Shown piece after piece: positions 28,296-41,510 of a DNA stretch of 64,000 bases. Numbering within the stretch: position 1 is the first letter of the stretch; the number at the start of each line of letters is the position of its first letter. Source of the DNA: Octopus sinensis (lineage: Eukaryota); assembly GCF_006345805.1 (NCBI RefSeq), contig NC_043008.1, positions 25,792,001 to 25,856,000 of the forward strand, given 5' to 3'. Below the pieces are notes generated by a model. The model ran no database searches. It was given only the letters and a program-made list of their open reading frames with translations, and had not been told where the DNA came from. Both the position numbers and the translations under genes were made by a program.

Positions 28296-29962
28296 TATTT
28301 AAACTTTGGTATGCTTGCTATAATCTTGTTTGCACTTTTATGAAATTTTTCATTATTTTCTTTCAAAAATCCAAAAGTTAAAAGAAAGAGAACTGTTAAA
28401 TCGGTATACCAGTCTGACATAAATTCTGAGGTTTATCCATATAATGTATTTTAATCAGATTAAATACATGTTTATTAACAATATGGATATGTCTCTAAAT
28501 ACATATATATGACACTTGCTGTTTAGATTGTAAATATGTGTGTGTGGGGACACACACACAAACACACACACACACACACTTTTATTCTATTATTCGTCTA
28601 CTTATTCCAGTCTTTAGACTGCAGCCATGCTGGAGTACCACCTTAAAGGGTTTAATCAAACTAATCAATCCCAGTACATACATTTTTTTTAAAGCCTAGC
28701 ATTTAGTTTACTCATCTTTTTTTTGCTGAAACATTAAGTTATAAGGATGTACAGAAACCAATATGGACTGCTAAACAATCATGGGGGATAAACAAATGCA
28801 TGCATGTGCACACAGTCTCACACACACACACTGTAATAGGCTTCTTTCAGTTTCCATCTACCAAATTCATTCACAAGGTTTTGGTGTTTCCAGGTCTATA
28901 ACAGAAGACACTTGTGTTTATATTTCATAATTTTGGCTTAACTTTAAATTACTTAGTATTGTGGGTATGGGACTCACCTACCTCATCAAATGTTTGGAGA
29001 CAGAGTCAAGGGTTAGCCAACATGTCTTCAAGTAGTATATCCACATCAGCAGCCATTCCAGCACTGTACACTACAATAGAAGCAGATACAGCTTACACAG
29101 TCGTCACTTTACACTTCAATCTGTAACAGATGGAATCCTACCAATAACCCATTGAGAGGATCCTCCTTATCAAAGGCTATAATCTATAGAGCCACTGTCA
29201 TACCATCTGATGATATCACAAGACATTATATGAACATGATAGCTAATGACTTCAAGGGAAAATATAGTTAGCACATGTACTCCTGCAGGTGTATGGATAA
29301 GAAAATTTCCATCTCTTTATACCACTTCATCCAAAAATTCTGATACTTTTGAAATAACTTTCTTAATATCAACTGGAGCCTCCTTGTTAGGACTCCTGTA
29401 TACTTATCTGGAGCTTATAATTGCCAACTCAAATTCTGTGTAAAACTGAACTTACTCAACCCCTCTGCAATGCCCACCTCCCTACACAGATACTCTCCTT
29501 TATATGCACAGAACACCCTGCATTTTCCTCTCTTCTTCACTCATCCTCCTAAAACTACATTCCAATGTGGCCCTTAAGTCCCTCAAATTTTTTCCTCCTT
29601 TTCCCTTCTTTCCATCACCTTTCACTTTTTATTCATGAAGGGCTCTATGTTAACACCCATTTTCCTTATTCCTTTCTATTTTCAAGCATGGGACTAAAAA
29701 CAGTTTGTGAAATCTTGTCCCTTTCATTGTGTTTCTTCTTGCTTTTGCTTATTTTTTACACCTCCCACACACACATATTTATTAAAATATATTATATAAG
29801 TATTTTGGGTAAATCTGAGCTTTTACCTCTTGAAGCAGATTTGTTTATTCCATTATTACAACCCAATATGTATCCATAGTTGCTGCAGTATTTTAGTCAA
29901 AATACACATTAATATTGAGGATTATGAAAATATTATTTGCGGAGTTATGTTATAACAAAACA

Positions 29963-30165
29963 GAAATATTTTTGGTATTATTTATTCTCCTTTGCAAATG
30001 TTTCATTTGCTAATAAGAATTACAAAGATTTACAAAGATTTATAGACATGTAAGGAATTTCCTTTTAGAAATTTCTTACATGTTTATATAAAATGTAAAT
30101 CTTTGTGATTCTTATTAGAAAATGAAACATGTGTAATGGGGAATAAATAATACCAAAAATATTTC
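29963..30165. repeat. Imperfect palindrome of about 200 bp
   Basis: gaaatatttttggtattatttattc...gaataaataataccaaaaatatttc; contains the GAAAC-atgt-GTA half-motif. Confidence 0.8.
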
Positions 30166-30184
30166 CATTTTCCTGATATACATT

Positions 30185-30233
<49 letters not shown>

Positions 30234-30243
30234 GTGTGTATAT

Positions 30244-30309
30244 AAAGTAAATAAGGAACAAGGATGTCCAGGTATTAATACCTGGACATCCTTGTTACTT
30301 ATTTACTTT
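30244..30309. repeat. 66-bp zero-spacer palindrome (one mismatch) after a (TA)n tract
   Basis: aaagtaaataaggaacaaggatgtccaggtatt|aatacctggacatccttgttacttatttacttt. Confidence 0.92.
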
Positions 30310-31418
30310 CTATTCACCTAACTTCAAGCTGCACGGACTGTACCAAACTGGCTTTGTACCTATATTTAAATGACTAGTTCATCTGAATTTTAATTTACAC
30401 ACACACTCACACACACACACATAAACACACACACACAAACACACACACATACACACACATATGTATATAACATATGTATATAACAAATGGACAAATGAGC
30501 ATTTGAGTAGCAATAATATAATGTATAAGTTTGTCACCATGCTAATTGAAAAGCAATGTACAAGATTTTTACAGCACAAAAAAATATTTAATTTATTGTT
30601 GTAACTAATTTTTTGGTTTTGTTTTCATTTCATAATTCATCTAGTATTAGAATTTCCTGTGATTTAAGCTTGCTTCAATTTGTTAAATTTTGACATATGT
30701 AAATTTCTTTGACATTTCACTTATGCATCTTTATTTTAATTATTACTTGTATATTTTTTTTACATATCTCTTCCAAGCAAGAACATTATTAAATTTAATG
30801 AGATGTTATCATTGATTTAAAAATATCTTTTTGTCTGGTCACCATATTTTTCAAGAAGCATGGCACAGACCATAGAAACAAGAGAGAAATGGTATAGGTA
30901 TAAGGAATTTAAATATGCTACTCAAACACAAAGCAAGCAGGAATTCAATGAGAATGAAAGACAATATTAATTTCCTTTTTGATAAAAATCAAATAAAGCT
31001 GATTAAAGTATTTATTAAAATGGTTTAAGAAAAAAATATTGAAAAGTCAAAAGTTTGATATTTTTCACTAAAATACCAAAATCAATATGCAGTAATAGAT
31101 GCAGAAACATGAATTATTTTGGACAGCAGTCCAGATTCTGCCAGGTTAGATACTTATGCAAGATCAATTTTGCCATATGATCCTGAGTTGCTAAGCAACA
31201 AAGAAGTAGAAATAGAAGCAGAAGAATTGTTGTAGTGAGATATTTATGTAGATGAGAAATACAAATATACAAAACATAGAAATATGGATATAAAAAGAAA
31301 AGCAAAGTCGTGTGCAATATAATTGTCCAAAAAGCTGAAATCAGATTTATATTAGAATTGGTCTCTTAAGAATGGCATGTAAATTCAGCTAATATATGTA
31401 TGCACACACATGCACACA

Positions 31419-31482
<64 letters not shown>

Positions 31483-31732
31483 TATATTATATGTGTATGT
31501 GTATATTTATAAATATTCGTATGCATATATATATCTACACACACATAAACAAACTCACACATATAAAAAGCCAGAAAACTGTAGTATTCATCTTGAGAAA
31601 GCATCTTGTGTAGAATAGAGTGCTAAAAGGCACAGAAATATATCAGTGGCAGATAGAAAGCTATTTTGAACTAATATTGTTTCCATTGCTAATAATTAAA
31701 TTTTACCCAGTTTATATATTCATGCATATGTA

Positions 31733-31780
<48 letters not shown>

Positions 31781-31810
31781 GCTCACACATGCATGTGAAC
31801 ATACACACAC

Positions 31811-32145
31811 ATAAGAAAATGAGATGAGAAAGGAATAAATGATTATCTCATGAACTTCATTACTTTACAACTGTTTCTGCTATAAGATGTAGTGACCTCA
31901 TAGCTGAGTGCCTTCAAGGCTCTGATGAAGCTATGAGGTGTTATTCAGGCAGTCAGCTATGAGTCAACTACATCTTAAAGTGGAAACAGCTCTAATCATA
32001 TGAAGTTCATGAGATAGTCATTTATTCTTTTGTCATCTCATTTTCTTATTATCACTCTATCCTCAACTAACACACTTCTTTCTGAAACATACATATAGTG
32101 AGTTCTACACCAGGTTATTAATCTCACAATGCCTAAGTGAAAACG

Positions 32146-32146
<1 letters not shown>
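31811..32146 (+). mobile_element. Fold-back Penelope-type pLTR with degenerate hammerhead
   Basis: 31811-31913 is the reverse complement of about 31948-32049. CTGATGA 31922-31928, stem II gctatgag/cttaaagt, GAAAC-agct-CTA 31983-31994. Flanked by (CA)n and (TA)n. Confidence 0.65.
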
Positions 32147-32182
<36 letters not shown>

Positions 32183-32184
<2 letters not shown>

Positions 32185-32770
32185 GAGTGCGATGAATTAA
32201 TTGTCATCTAAGTTATGCAAAAATGAAAATAACACTGACATCTCTTTAACAGATATATTTACCAAAATTACGTCAAAATATCTTGAAATACTAAAGATAA
32301 ATTTATTTATCAAAATTGCCATTTTAATAAAACAGCCTCCAGATGACTTTGGAATCTCCTGCAACTCTTCTGGACAGTCACATTGTTTAAGTTGGTGAAT
32401 GTTACCGTAATCGTTGCTTTCAGTTCATCTTTGGTGTTACAATGAGTTTTGTTAGTCTCTCACTCAACTGTGCCCCGCACTTAATAACCAAGGGGGTTGC
32501 AGTCTAGAGAGTTAGGTGGCTAGATGTTAAAGGTAGTGTGGTCACAGAAATTGTCTGATAGTCATGACTGGGTTCTCCTGCTTGTGTGGCATGTTATCAG
32601 ACATAGGGTCTTCCAACAACCACCCTCTTGACTCAGGGCAACACTATTTCTTCCAGGCACTTGATGTAGGCCTCCAAATTGAATCTGAGGCTGTGTGGGA
32701 AGATGAATGGAGGCATAACGTCATCATCATTAGTGATCACTCCAAACACCATGATGTTGCCTGGATGTTT
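32183..32770 (-). mobile_element. Tc1/mariner (maT/DD37D-like) remnant
   Basis: PPNSLDCNPL...VWGTVE*ETNKT...KDELKA; same family as 57182-57979. Confidence 0.75.
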
Positions 32771-34353
32771 GCATATCTGATTTGGACCACCAAGAGCTGC
32801 AGTTAATTTCTGATCTTTGTGGATTTTAAAATGTCTTTTGTGGTCTCCTATAGAATTGCAGACCTTATGGTATACATGGCATTGAAAGATATGTACAGAT
32901 ATATAGGCAGGATAGTTGGTGGAGCTTCATTTTTCATGGTTCCTCAATGAGATTTGAGCCTAGCAAAAGGAAGGCATGGTCTGTCACAAACTGTGCACAC
33001 AAAAAGGTCCCTGGGATTCACCTTCTCATTCACCACATTCTTCTTTAAATCTCTCTTGAGTCTTGCATGTATTATCTTGGCCTTCTCAAATGCTTTCACT
33101 CCACACTTTTGTTTGCCATCCAGCTCAGTTTGAAGCAAGGGTTTCTATGGCCTTTGGATCCATTCCAAGTGACTTCATGCTAGTCCTTATGTCACCTCTT
33201 TATAGGTTTGCACCAATTGCGTTTCCCCTATGCAAACTCACTATGGGTGTGCATTCATCCGCCATTTGAACAATATAGCCAAACCTTTTCATTTGGTTTT
33301 TAGAGTCATTGCTTTAATTGAAGTGATGCCAGGAGATGCAAAGGCATCTGTGTTTGGAGTAAAAAAAACTCCATTTAATGTTTAAAATGTGATGAAGGTG
33401 GAACTTTTCTAACAATTTGCAATGTATTTTATAACATGTCGATGTTTAAGAAGAATACAACAGGGATGGTAAGACAAACGATTTGTAAAGAACCAATTTT
33501 GTGTTGTTATTTATATGTCATTGGTGCCAAACACGTGACTCCAAACCACCAAATGCTTCTGCTGCCTATTGAATTTGCAGATGTATTTCTGAGATTTCCA
33601 TCATGTTGTACAGAGCTTCTGAGGTAAATGAAAGAGTCAACAACCTCAAGTCACCTACTCTTAACGAAAATTTTAGTGGGATTGCAAACAACAACACGTG
33701 CAAGTTGAAACATTAGAATGGTTTTTTTCAGGTCGATGGTCAAGTCAAAATCATCACAAGTTGTGTCAAATGCAGATACAAGAGATTGCAGGCCTGTTTC
33801 AAATTGACTGACTAGATCGCAATCATCAGTATATAACAGTTCCCTAATGAGTGAAGCAAAAACCTTTGTTTTGAATTTCCATCTGATCAGATTAAAAACA
33901 TTCCCTGTTGTTTGAAATTTTATGTAAATACTCTCCTTGGAGTTTTGAAAAGCATGTGACAGCACAATAACAAAGCATATTGCAAAGAGGATGTGTGCAT
34001 CAAGGTCTCCTTGCCTATTTTCATATTCCATGGCAAAAGATTCAGAGCTTACCACCAAAATTAACTCTAGCCTTCATGTCGTGATACAAAGTCCTGATCA
34101 TGTCTGCAAATTTTTCTGGGCAACATATTTTCCTAAGAATTAGCCACAGAGCATTTTGATTAAGAGTTTTGAATACCTTGCTTAAATCAACAAAGCAATG
34201 GTATTGGGCAAGATTCTGTTTGATGAACTTTTCCTGAAATACAATCAACTGTGTCCCTGGAGGAGCAAAAACACATTAAGACTCAGATACTATATTTGAA
34301 ACTATGAAGCTATTTAAACATCGTAACAGAATGCGGGCAAGTACCTTTCCAAC

Positions 34354-34837
34354 ACAGTTCTATATTTAAGAGATGAGGATTTATGTACATTATTTACATT
34401 TGACGGATGTTTGTACTCATCTTGTTTGTTATTAACGCAACATTCCAGCTGATGTACCCTCCAGCCTTCATCAGGTGCCTTGGGGAAATTTCGAACCTGG
34501 GTTCTCATTCCTTAGGTATTTTTTATGTTGTTGTTATTATTATTGATATTATTATTATTATTATTATTCAGGTCACTGCTTGGAATCAAACTCGGAATCT
34601 TGGGGTTAGTAGCTCGTGCTCTTAACCACTATGCTATGGGCATATGGTGTAGTGGTTAAGATTGCAGGCTACATACCCCAAGATTCTGAGTTCGAATTAA
34701 CTCTAGCCTTCATATCATGATACAAAGTCCTGATCATGTCTGCAAATTTTTCTGGGCAACATATTTTCCTAAGAATTAGCCACAGAGCATTTTGATTAAG
34801 AGTCTTGAATACCTTGTTTAAATCAACAAAGCAATGA

Positions 34838-34892
<55 letters not shown>

Positions 34893-35443
34893 CCAGATAT
34901 TGTTGGCCACAGATCAAGGCCAATAAACCAGATATTGTTGTGAAAGACCAAAACAATAAAGTTTGCTTATTGATCGACATGAGCATCCCCTGTGATCATA
35001 ATATCTCAGCGAAAGAGTTTGACATGCTCAGAAAATATAAAGACCTACTCATTGAAATTGAGAAAATGTGGCATCTCAAGGCGGTTACAATACCAGTGAT
35101 CGTAGGAGCACTAGGAATGATCAAGAAGGGAACCGAAAATTATATGAGAATGATCCCTGGCTTACCATCCCTGCAAGAAGTGCAAAAGATTGTCTTAACT
35201 GGTACATCACATGTATTGAGAAGAGCATTGTCGATGTGAGAACTGTTGCTGCTCATGTATTTTAATTTAACTTAAAAAAAAAAAAAAATTAACGAACTAT
35301 TGAGTTTGGTTTAATGGCCTACCAATGTATACTATGAGTTTCTTTGCCCTAGGAGTCGGGAAGACACCCGGCAAGAAATGGAAGCAAATTTGAAAGAAGG
35401 AAAAAAAAAAAAATAATAATAATAATAATAATAACAACAGTGA

Positions 35444-35491
<48 letters not shown>

Positions 35492-35639
35492 CAACAACAT
35501 CAAAAAGTACCTCAGGAATGAGAACCCAGGTTCGAAATTACCCCAAGGCACCTGATGAAGGCTGGAGGGTATATCAGCCAAAACGTGTTAACAACAAACA
35601 AGATGAGGAGAAATATCCTTCAAATGTAAATAATGTAAA
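34354..35639. mobile_element. Inverted dimer of [tRNA-like head-(TAA)n-hammerhead-bearing tail], 12-bp TSD
   Basis: TSD tacctttccaac at 34342-34353 and 35640-35651. About 34385-34570 is the reverse complement of 35440-35639. Centre near 34640. CTGATGA at 35552-35558 with its mirror near 34478-34484. Confidence 0.8.
34891..35412 (+). mobile_element. R4/Dong-clade retrotransposon 3' end (restriction-like endonuclease) in a (TAA)n tract
   Basis: KPDIVVKD...LLIDMSIPCD...KYKDL...W....TIPVIVGALG...QKIVL (PD-D/ExK-type), then 3' UTR and A-tail between (TAA)n arrays. Confidence 0.85.
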
Positions 35640-36349
35640 TACCTTTCCAACTACAGACAAAAGCAAAATCTCCACACAGATCCTTTCATCCTGATTCATA
35701 CTTCCTCACGTCTCCAACAGTGACAAATTAATATATTTAAGAGTTCAAACATTTTGTCACACCCATATTTCAAGACTTCTGCACAGATTCCATCAGACCC
35801 TGGAGACTTTTTGTTATTCAGCTTATTCACAGCTAAATAAATGTCATTTAGAGTTGGTTCAAATGCTATCTTCTCTATAACTGGAAGATGTTTGATATTT
35901 TTCTATCATCCTCATGTCAACGGATGATGGTCTATTCAAAAGTGCAAAAAAATGTTCTACCCAGTGCTTATGAGTAGAAGAGGTGTCTGTCAAAAGCAAA
36001 TATCCATTTGTTGTTTTCACTGGAGCTTCTGAAAAAGATTTTGAGCCAGATACCCCCTCAGCATAAGAATACAAACCCTTGTCATCATTTCTATCAGCTG
36101 CTTCATGCACCTTTTTCACTCTGTTATTCCACCATTCCTGTTTGATTTTTCCTTAGAGCAGTCTGCACTATCACTTACAGCTTTCTGTAAGCTTTGTTTG
36201 AGGTGGGGTTCAAGGACTAAGAAAGAAGTGTATTGCATAAGTTTTGTATATATACCTTGCCAGAATTTGAACTCAGAACACAAAGACAAACGAAATGCTG
36301 CTAAGCATTTTGCCTGGCCTGCTAATGATTCTACCAGCTCAGTGCCTCG

Positions 36350-36392
<43 letters not shown>

Positions 36393-36393
<1 letters not shown>

Positions 36394-36605
36394 CCTTTCT
36401 ACTATAAGCACAAGGCCTGAAATTTTGGTGGGATGGGATAGTCGATTACATTGACCCCATTGTGTAACTAGTACCTATTTCACTGACCCTGAAAGAATGA
36501 AAGGCAAAGTCAATCCTAACAGCATTTGAACTCAGAATGTAGCCACTGGCGAAATACCACTAATCATTTTGTCCAGTGTGCTAACGATTTTGCCTGTTCA
36601 CCACC

Positions 36606-36606
<1 letters not shown>
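36393..36606 (-). mobile_element. Second SINE family (Meta-domain-like core) between (TAA)n arrays
   Basis: Minus strand gactttgcctttcattctttcagggtc...aaataggtactag. Related pieces near 39105-39245 and 62870-63000. Confidence 0.65.
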
Positions 36607-36662
<56 letters not shown>

Positions 36663-36679
36663 GTAATAGTCAAGACGAA

Positions 36680-38141
36680 GATTGTGATTAGATTGTAATA
36701 GATATTTTATTGATTGAACAATATTTCAACAGTAAGTTTGTCTTTGTCAAGTTCAAAGTAAGAAGTGATAAAAATTCAAAATTATAGAAATTTAAATGTA
36801 AAGTATGAATGAGAGCAACCACCATTCACACGTTGATGGGATGACAACATCAGTCTTTAAGTTTCAATTTTATAACAGGTGAAAATAAAAAAACAGAAAA
36901 AAGAAGGTAGGAAAAAACAGAAAAAAAGAGGAAAGGAAAAAGAGAAAAAGAAGAATATTTAATCAAGCAGTTTTTTATAAATTTGATGATATTCTCTGGT
37001 CATTGTGTTCATTCCTCCAGGGCGTGATGTTAATAACCTACAAACATATTTCTCCTCATGCATTCTGAAAACTGAAAGTGAAGCAATGAAATGTTTGGCA
37101 AGTTCTGTCAAACTACTGTTATTGTGCCTGATGTTGAATCTGTGCCCAATAAACCTTTTGTTTAATTGTTCTGTTGTACAACCAACATAAATCAAGTTGT
37201 GTTTCATGCATTCTGCCACATACATTAAATGGAAATCTCTACATGTCCCACCTTCTGTATAAATCATAACATTTCTGTTATGATTCCTGGTGGAATCCAC
37301 TTGATTCATGTTGTTGCTCAATGAACAGGGCTTACCTTGCTTGTGACTGTTTTTCAAGATACAGCATGCAGATACTCCAATGTTCATTTTCATGGAGTCA
37401 GAAATAGAGGTCAATAATTCTCTTATATTCTTATTCCGCCTAAAGGCTACAATAGGCAGTTGAGGAAATATCTGTTAGAATCGAGGATATTTTTTTGCCA
37501 CATGCTGGTTACTTTCATGCAACACTTTTGAAATGCCAGCGAAATTTCAGTGCCAGCTAATCACTAAAGGAATTCTGTTATCTATTGTATTATGCTTGCA
37601 TGAAGGTTTGCTAATTTTAATTATTTAATTTGCTATTGTGATTCACTGTAACTGCATTTGACAATAATGTACAAAAGCATTTGCATGTTCCCAGTAATCT
37701 CCTATGTCAGTACAAATCCGGGGTTTCAGATTTGATTGAATAAAGTGATGTGGATGATTGGAGCAGTGGTGTAGATAAATGTGGGATGATGGGGGCTTCA
37801 AAAATAACTCTGTCACTGTTCTGCCTCCAGAAAACTTGACTTTTTTGTCTAAAATTCAACACTACTTTTAAAAAACTAGACGTAAATTTTATGTTGGACT
37901 TAAAGCCATAAGTTTTAGCATAACAGTCACAGAAATGCAAGAAGAAATCTATACAAAACTGTTTGATCAAGTAGTCTTCTTTTCTCTTTTTTCTTTCCTT
38001 TTTTTCTGTTTTTTTCCTGCCTTCCTTTTTCTGTCTTTTTCTTTTCGTTTGTTATAAAATTGAAACTTAAAGGATTGATGATGTCATCAATGTGTGAATA
38101 CTGGTTGCTCTCGTTCATAATTTACATTTAAATTTCTATAA
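36680..38141 (-). mobile_element. Truncated Penelope-like element: GIY-YIG endonuclease with inverted pseudo-LTRs
   Basis: ORF 36959..37414 LMYVAECMKHNLIYVGCTTEQLNKRFIGHR...LAKHF...E...PGGMN. 36781-36985 and 37946-38141 are inverted copies. Confidence 0.82.
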
Positions 38142-38519
38142 TGTATTTATCTATATTCTATATCATGTATTTATCTGTGAAAGACTATTTACCTTGTCTT
38201 CACAGGAGCTTGTACCATTCGGTCTGAATTTCAAAAACAGTGTTAAAATAGTAACCTCTGAGCTACATTTTCATCTTGGGGAAGAGATGGAAATCTGCAG
38301 ATGCCTAAATCTGTTCTTTTTGGTGAGAAACTCACTAGTGAGGAGAGCTCGGTGAAGAATCCAATTCTTTGTGCTCCACAAATCTGATCGCTTTCAACAA
38401 ATGTCCTTCCTCAAATGCCTCAAAATGTCACAGTAGAACTCTCAATTGATGATCTGGCCTTGGGGAATGAATTCCCAATGCAAAATACCACATTTCCAGG
38501 AGTGACATTCGTGGCAGGT

Positions 38520-38878
38520 CTTACAGATCACTCATCATCGTCCAGGGATGTTCTTCCACATTTGTAGTGCCTCTGCCACTTGAAACATTGTGTACAACCC
38601 CTTGCCTCATCGCTGCAAGCTTGCCAAAGCATTCTCAATGTCCCTGTAGCAGACTTCCCGAGTTTAATGCAAAATATCACGTTAGCTCTTTGTTCCAACT
38701 TCCTCTCCATGACAAAATCGTAGACTACAGCATACATGTGATCACAAAAATACAAATTTCACAACTTGTGAAGTAAACACAGTGATGTCACTTGGCATAC
38801 TAGCTAGCTCTCACTTTGCATGCAACTAGTTGCTGCCATCTGTTGCTGTGTTACAGAACTTTTTGCTACTACCTTATA
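38520..38878 (-). mobile_element. Mariner transposase N-terminal fragment with 5' end
   Basis: MERKLEQRANVIFCIKLGKSATGTLRML...CFKW...GRTSLDDDE. Confidence 0.8.
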
Positions 38879-40369
38879 TATAAGCACCCACACACATCTG
38901 AGGAGAGAAAAATATGGGGTGTGGGTTATATAAAATATGCAAAGATAAAGCAAAAAGAATATAAGAAATATAAGGGAACGACAAAAAGAATAAAGGAAAT
39001 ATGTAAAGATACGATAAAAGGAAATCATAGGAAACACCGAGAATGAAATTCTACTCTGAAGTATACATACATATTAATGCACATTGGCTGACCTGCTAAC
39101 TCCGCTGAAGTCGACTTTGCCTTTCATCCTTTTGGCGTCGATAAATTAAGTACCAGTTATGCTCTGAAGTCGATGTAATCAACTTAATTCGTTTGTCTGT
39201 CCTTGTTTGTCCCCTCTCCGTTTAGCCCCTTGTGGGTAATAAAGAAACATAACTATAAGCTATATAGAAACTATCTGCTTATCAAATTACCTCGGAACCT
39301 TGATATGGGAAGAGGTGTTTAATTCTCGATGCCAATAAAATACTTTTGTCTTCTCTACCTGCCATGAACTGCTTGAAGCTTACTAACTTCCTACAGTTGG
39401 ATCCCTGGATCATATGTCTAAATCTATCTCTCTGTCTATGTATGTATGTATGTATGTATGTATGTATGTATGTATGTATGTATGTATGTATGTATGTATG
39501 TATGTATCTATCAATCTATCCATCTATCTATATATATATAGATATATATATACATATATACATATCTACAGACATACATATATATGTATATATGTATATA
39601 TGTGATGGACTCTCCCATTGAAGACAATGTGTGAGCTATTCAGCTATTGCCAAATGACCTGCACAAATGATTTGTTTATAGTTATCAAAGGTTGTTCAGG
39701 CCACACATTAGCTCACACTCTCCATCAAATTGACATTGTCTGAACAGGTGCACTGTGTTCCATGCATTAGGTGTCGAAGTGATTGCACCCCCTGGTCTAG
39801 GAATTGAAACTACAATCTCTCAATCATGAGTACAACGCCTTAACCACTAGGCAATGTCCCCTCATATATATATCTTTATATATATTATTTATTTATATAT
39901 CAATCTATCTATACACACACACACACACACACATAAATATATATATATATCATCATCTTCATCGTTTACAATCTATTTTCCATGCATGCATGGGTAGGAC
40001 ATACGCTGGTGAGGTAGAAAAGCTACCCTAGGCTAGTGTATATGTTTTGGCAGGGTTTGTTTGGCTGGATATTCTTTCTAATACCAACCACTCTTCAGAG
40101 TGGACTCAGTGCTTTTTACAGAGTGAGGTTACTTTTAACATGATTTTTACCACTGGATGCCCTTCCAAATGCCAACCACTTTACAGTGTCGTCTGGATAA
40201 TTTTTACATTGCATCAGCACTGGCAGAGTCACCAAGTAACTTACAAAAGCAAGGAATAATGAGAGGGGGAGGGCCATTTGAGGAGGAGAACTAATGTCTG
40301 AGGATGAAAGGTTAGATTATGACAAAGAAACAGAGTCTTATCTAGTCTTTTGCTAACAACTTTAGTCTT

Positions 40370-41510
40370 TGCTAAGTTAAATTCAAAGCCTTTTGATTGC
40401 AGATTTTGCTTTCAAACCTGGAACTTCTCCAGTCCTACTTCAGATTCTGCAATAAGAGCAAGATTATCAGCATATAGTAGTTCCTATAGCTATATCCAGT
40501 TTTGAATTCCTGTTATAGCCTGGAGAACTATGATGAATAAGAGTGGACTAAGAACTGATCCCTGGTGAACTCCAACATGTACATTAAATTCATTGCTGTG
40601 TTCAAGGCCAACTCTCACCTTACTGACAGTATCACTGTACATGGCTTGAATAGCTCAAACAAGCCATTCCACTACACCTAGCTTCCTTAGAGACCATCAG
40701 ATAAGAGAGCAGGGAACCCTGTTGAAAGCTTTATCCATGTTGATGAAGGCTAAGTAAAAAAGGTTTACTTTTGGCCAAATGCTTTTCTTGAAACTGTCTC
40801 ACTATGAAGATGGCATCTCTGGAACAAAACCAAACTGCACCTCATCTTGCTTAATTTTTATCACTAATCAGTTGAGATATACTCTCTCTGTAATTTTCAT
40901 AACCTGGTCCAGCAGTTTGATACCTCTGTAATTGTCTCTATCTAAGGCATCACCTTTACCCTTGTTGCAGCTAACTATAATATAACTACACCAGTCTTTG
41001 GGGATAGTGCCTTCCTGAAAAAACTAATTAACTATGTAAGTGACTAGGCTGCATTCCACACTGCCTGATATTTTAATTATCTTGGCAGTGATACCCAAGG
41101 GCTTTTCCAGTCTTCGTATTCTTAATTGCCTTATCTATCATACTACTATCAACTCTGATGACTGGTTCGATATTTGAAAAACTCTACTTCTCCAAATCAT
41201 TCTCTCATTTTTTGTTGGTTTGCTGGGTTTTTGACCTTCTGTAATCTTCTTTTCCAATATGGTTTATTTCTCTGAGTCTCTCTAGCTCTAATTCTGAATT
41301 CATTAACTTGTAAACTATGTTGGCATATACACTCTTCACCTGGGAAATACTTCACATTTGTGAACATCAGCCTACCTCATTGCCTGGTGAGGAGGTTACC
41401 CACCTGGCTTATGTTCCCACCAGACTGATAAGTGATTAGGTTGCTGACTGGTTTTCTGAAGCCAGTGTTGCAGATCATGAGATCATTTACATCACAGAAC
41501 TCAAGTAGGG
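40370..41510 (-). mobile_element. Degenerate RTE LINE fragment
   Basis: Collinear with 2050-2930 and 4550-4730 (ggaaccctgttgaaagc, ccagcagtttgatacctctgtaatt). Confidence 0.82.

Larger units (their letters stand above)
32944..36230 (-). mobile_element. Second, older RTE-type LINE, interrupted at 34354-35639
   Basis: FVDLSKVF, LLYTDD, LLSVVGKVLARILL, and C-terminal C2H-type finger CTVCDRPC....LKSH. Confidence 0.85.

Noticed and set aside
28975-29130. Possible minus-strand exon (ttacag...GAG|gtaggt)
   Set aside because: Stops occur in all three frames, and it abuts a decayed LINE endonuclease-like segment.
34575-34695. Possible tRNA genes
   Set aside because: The acceptor stem is incomplete and the sequence is embedded in a repeat; treated as a tRNA-derived head.
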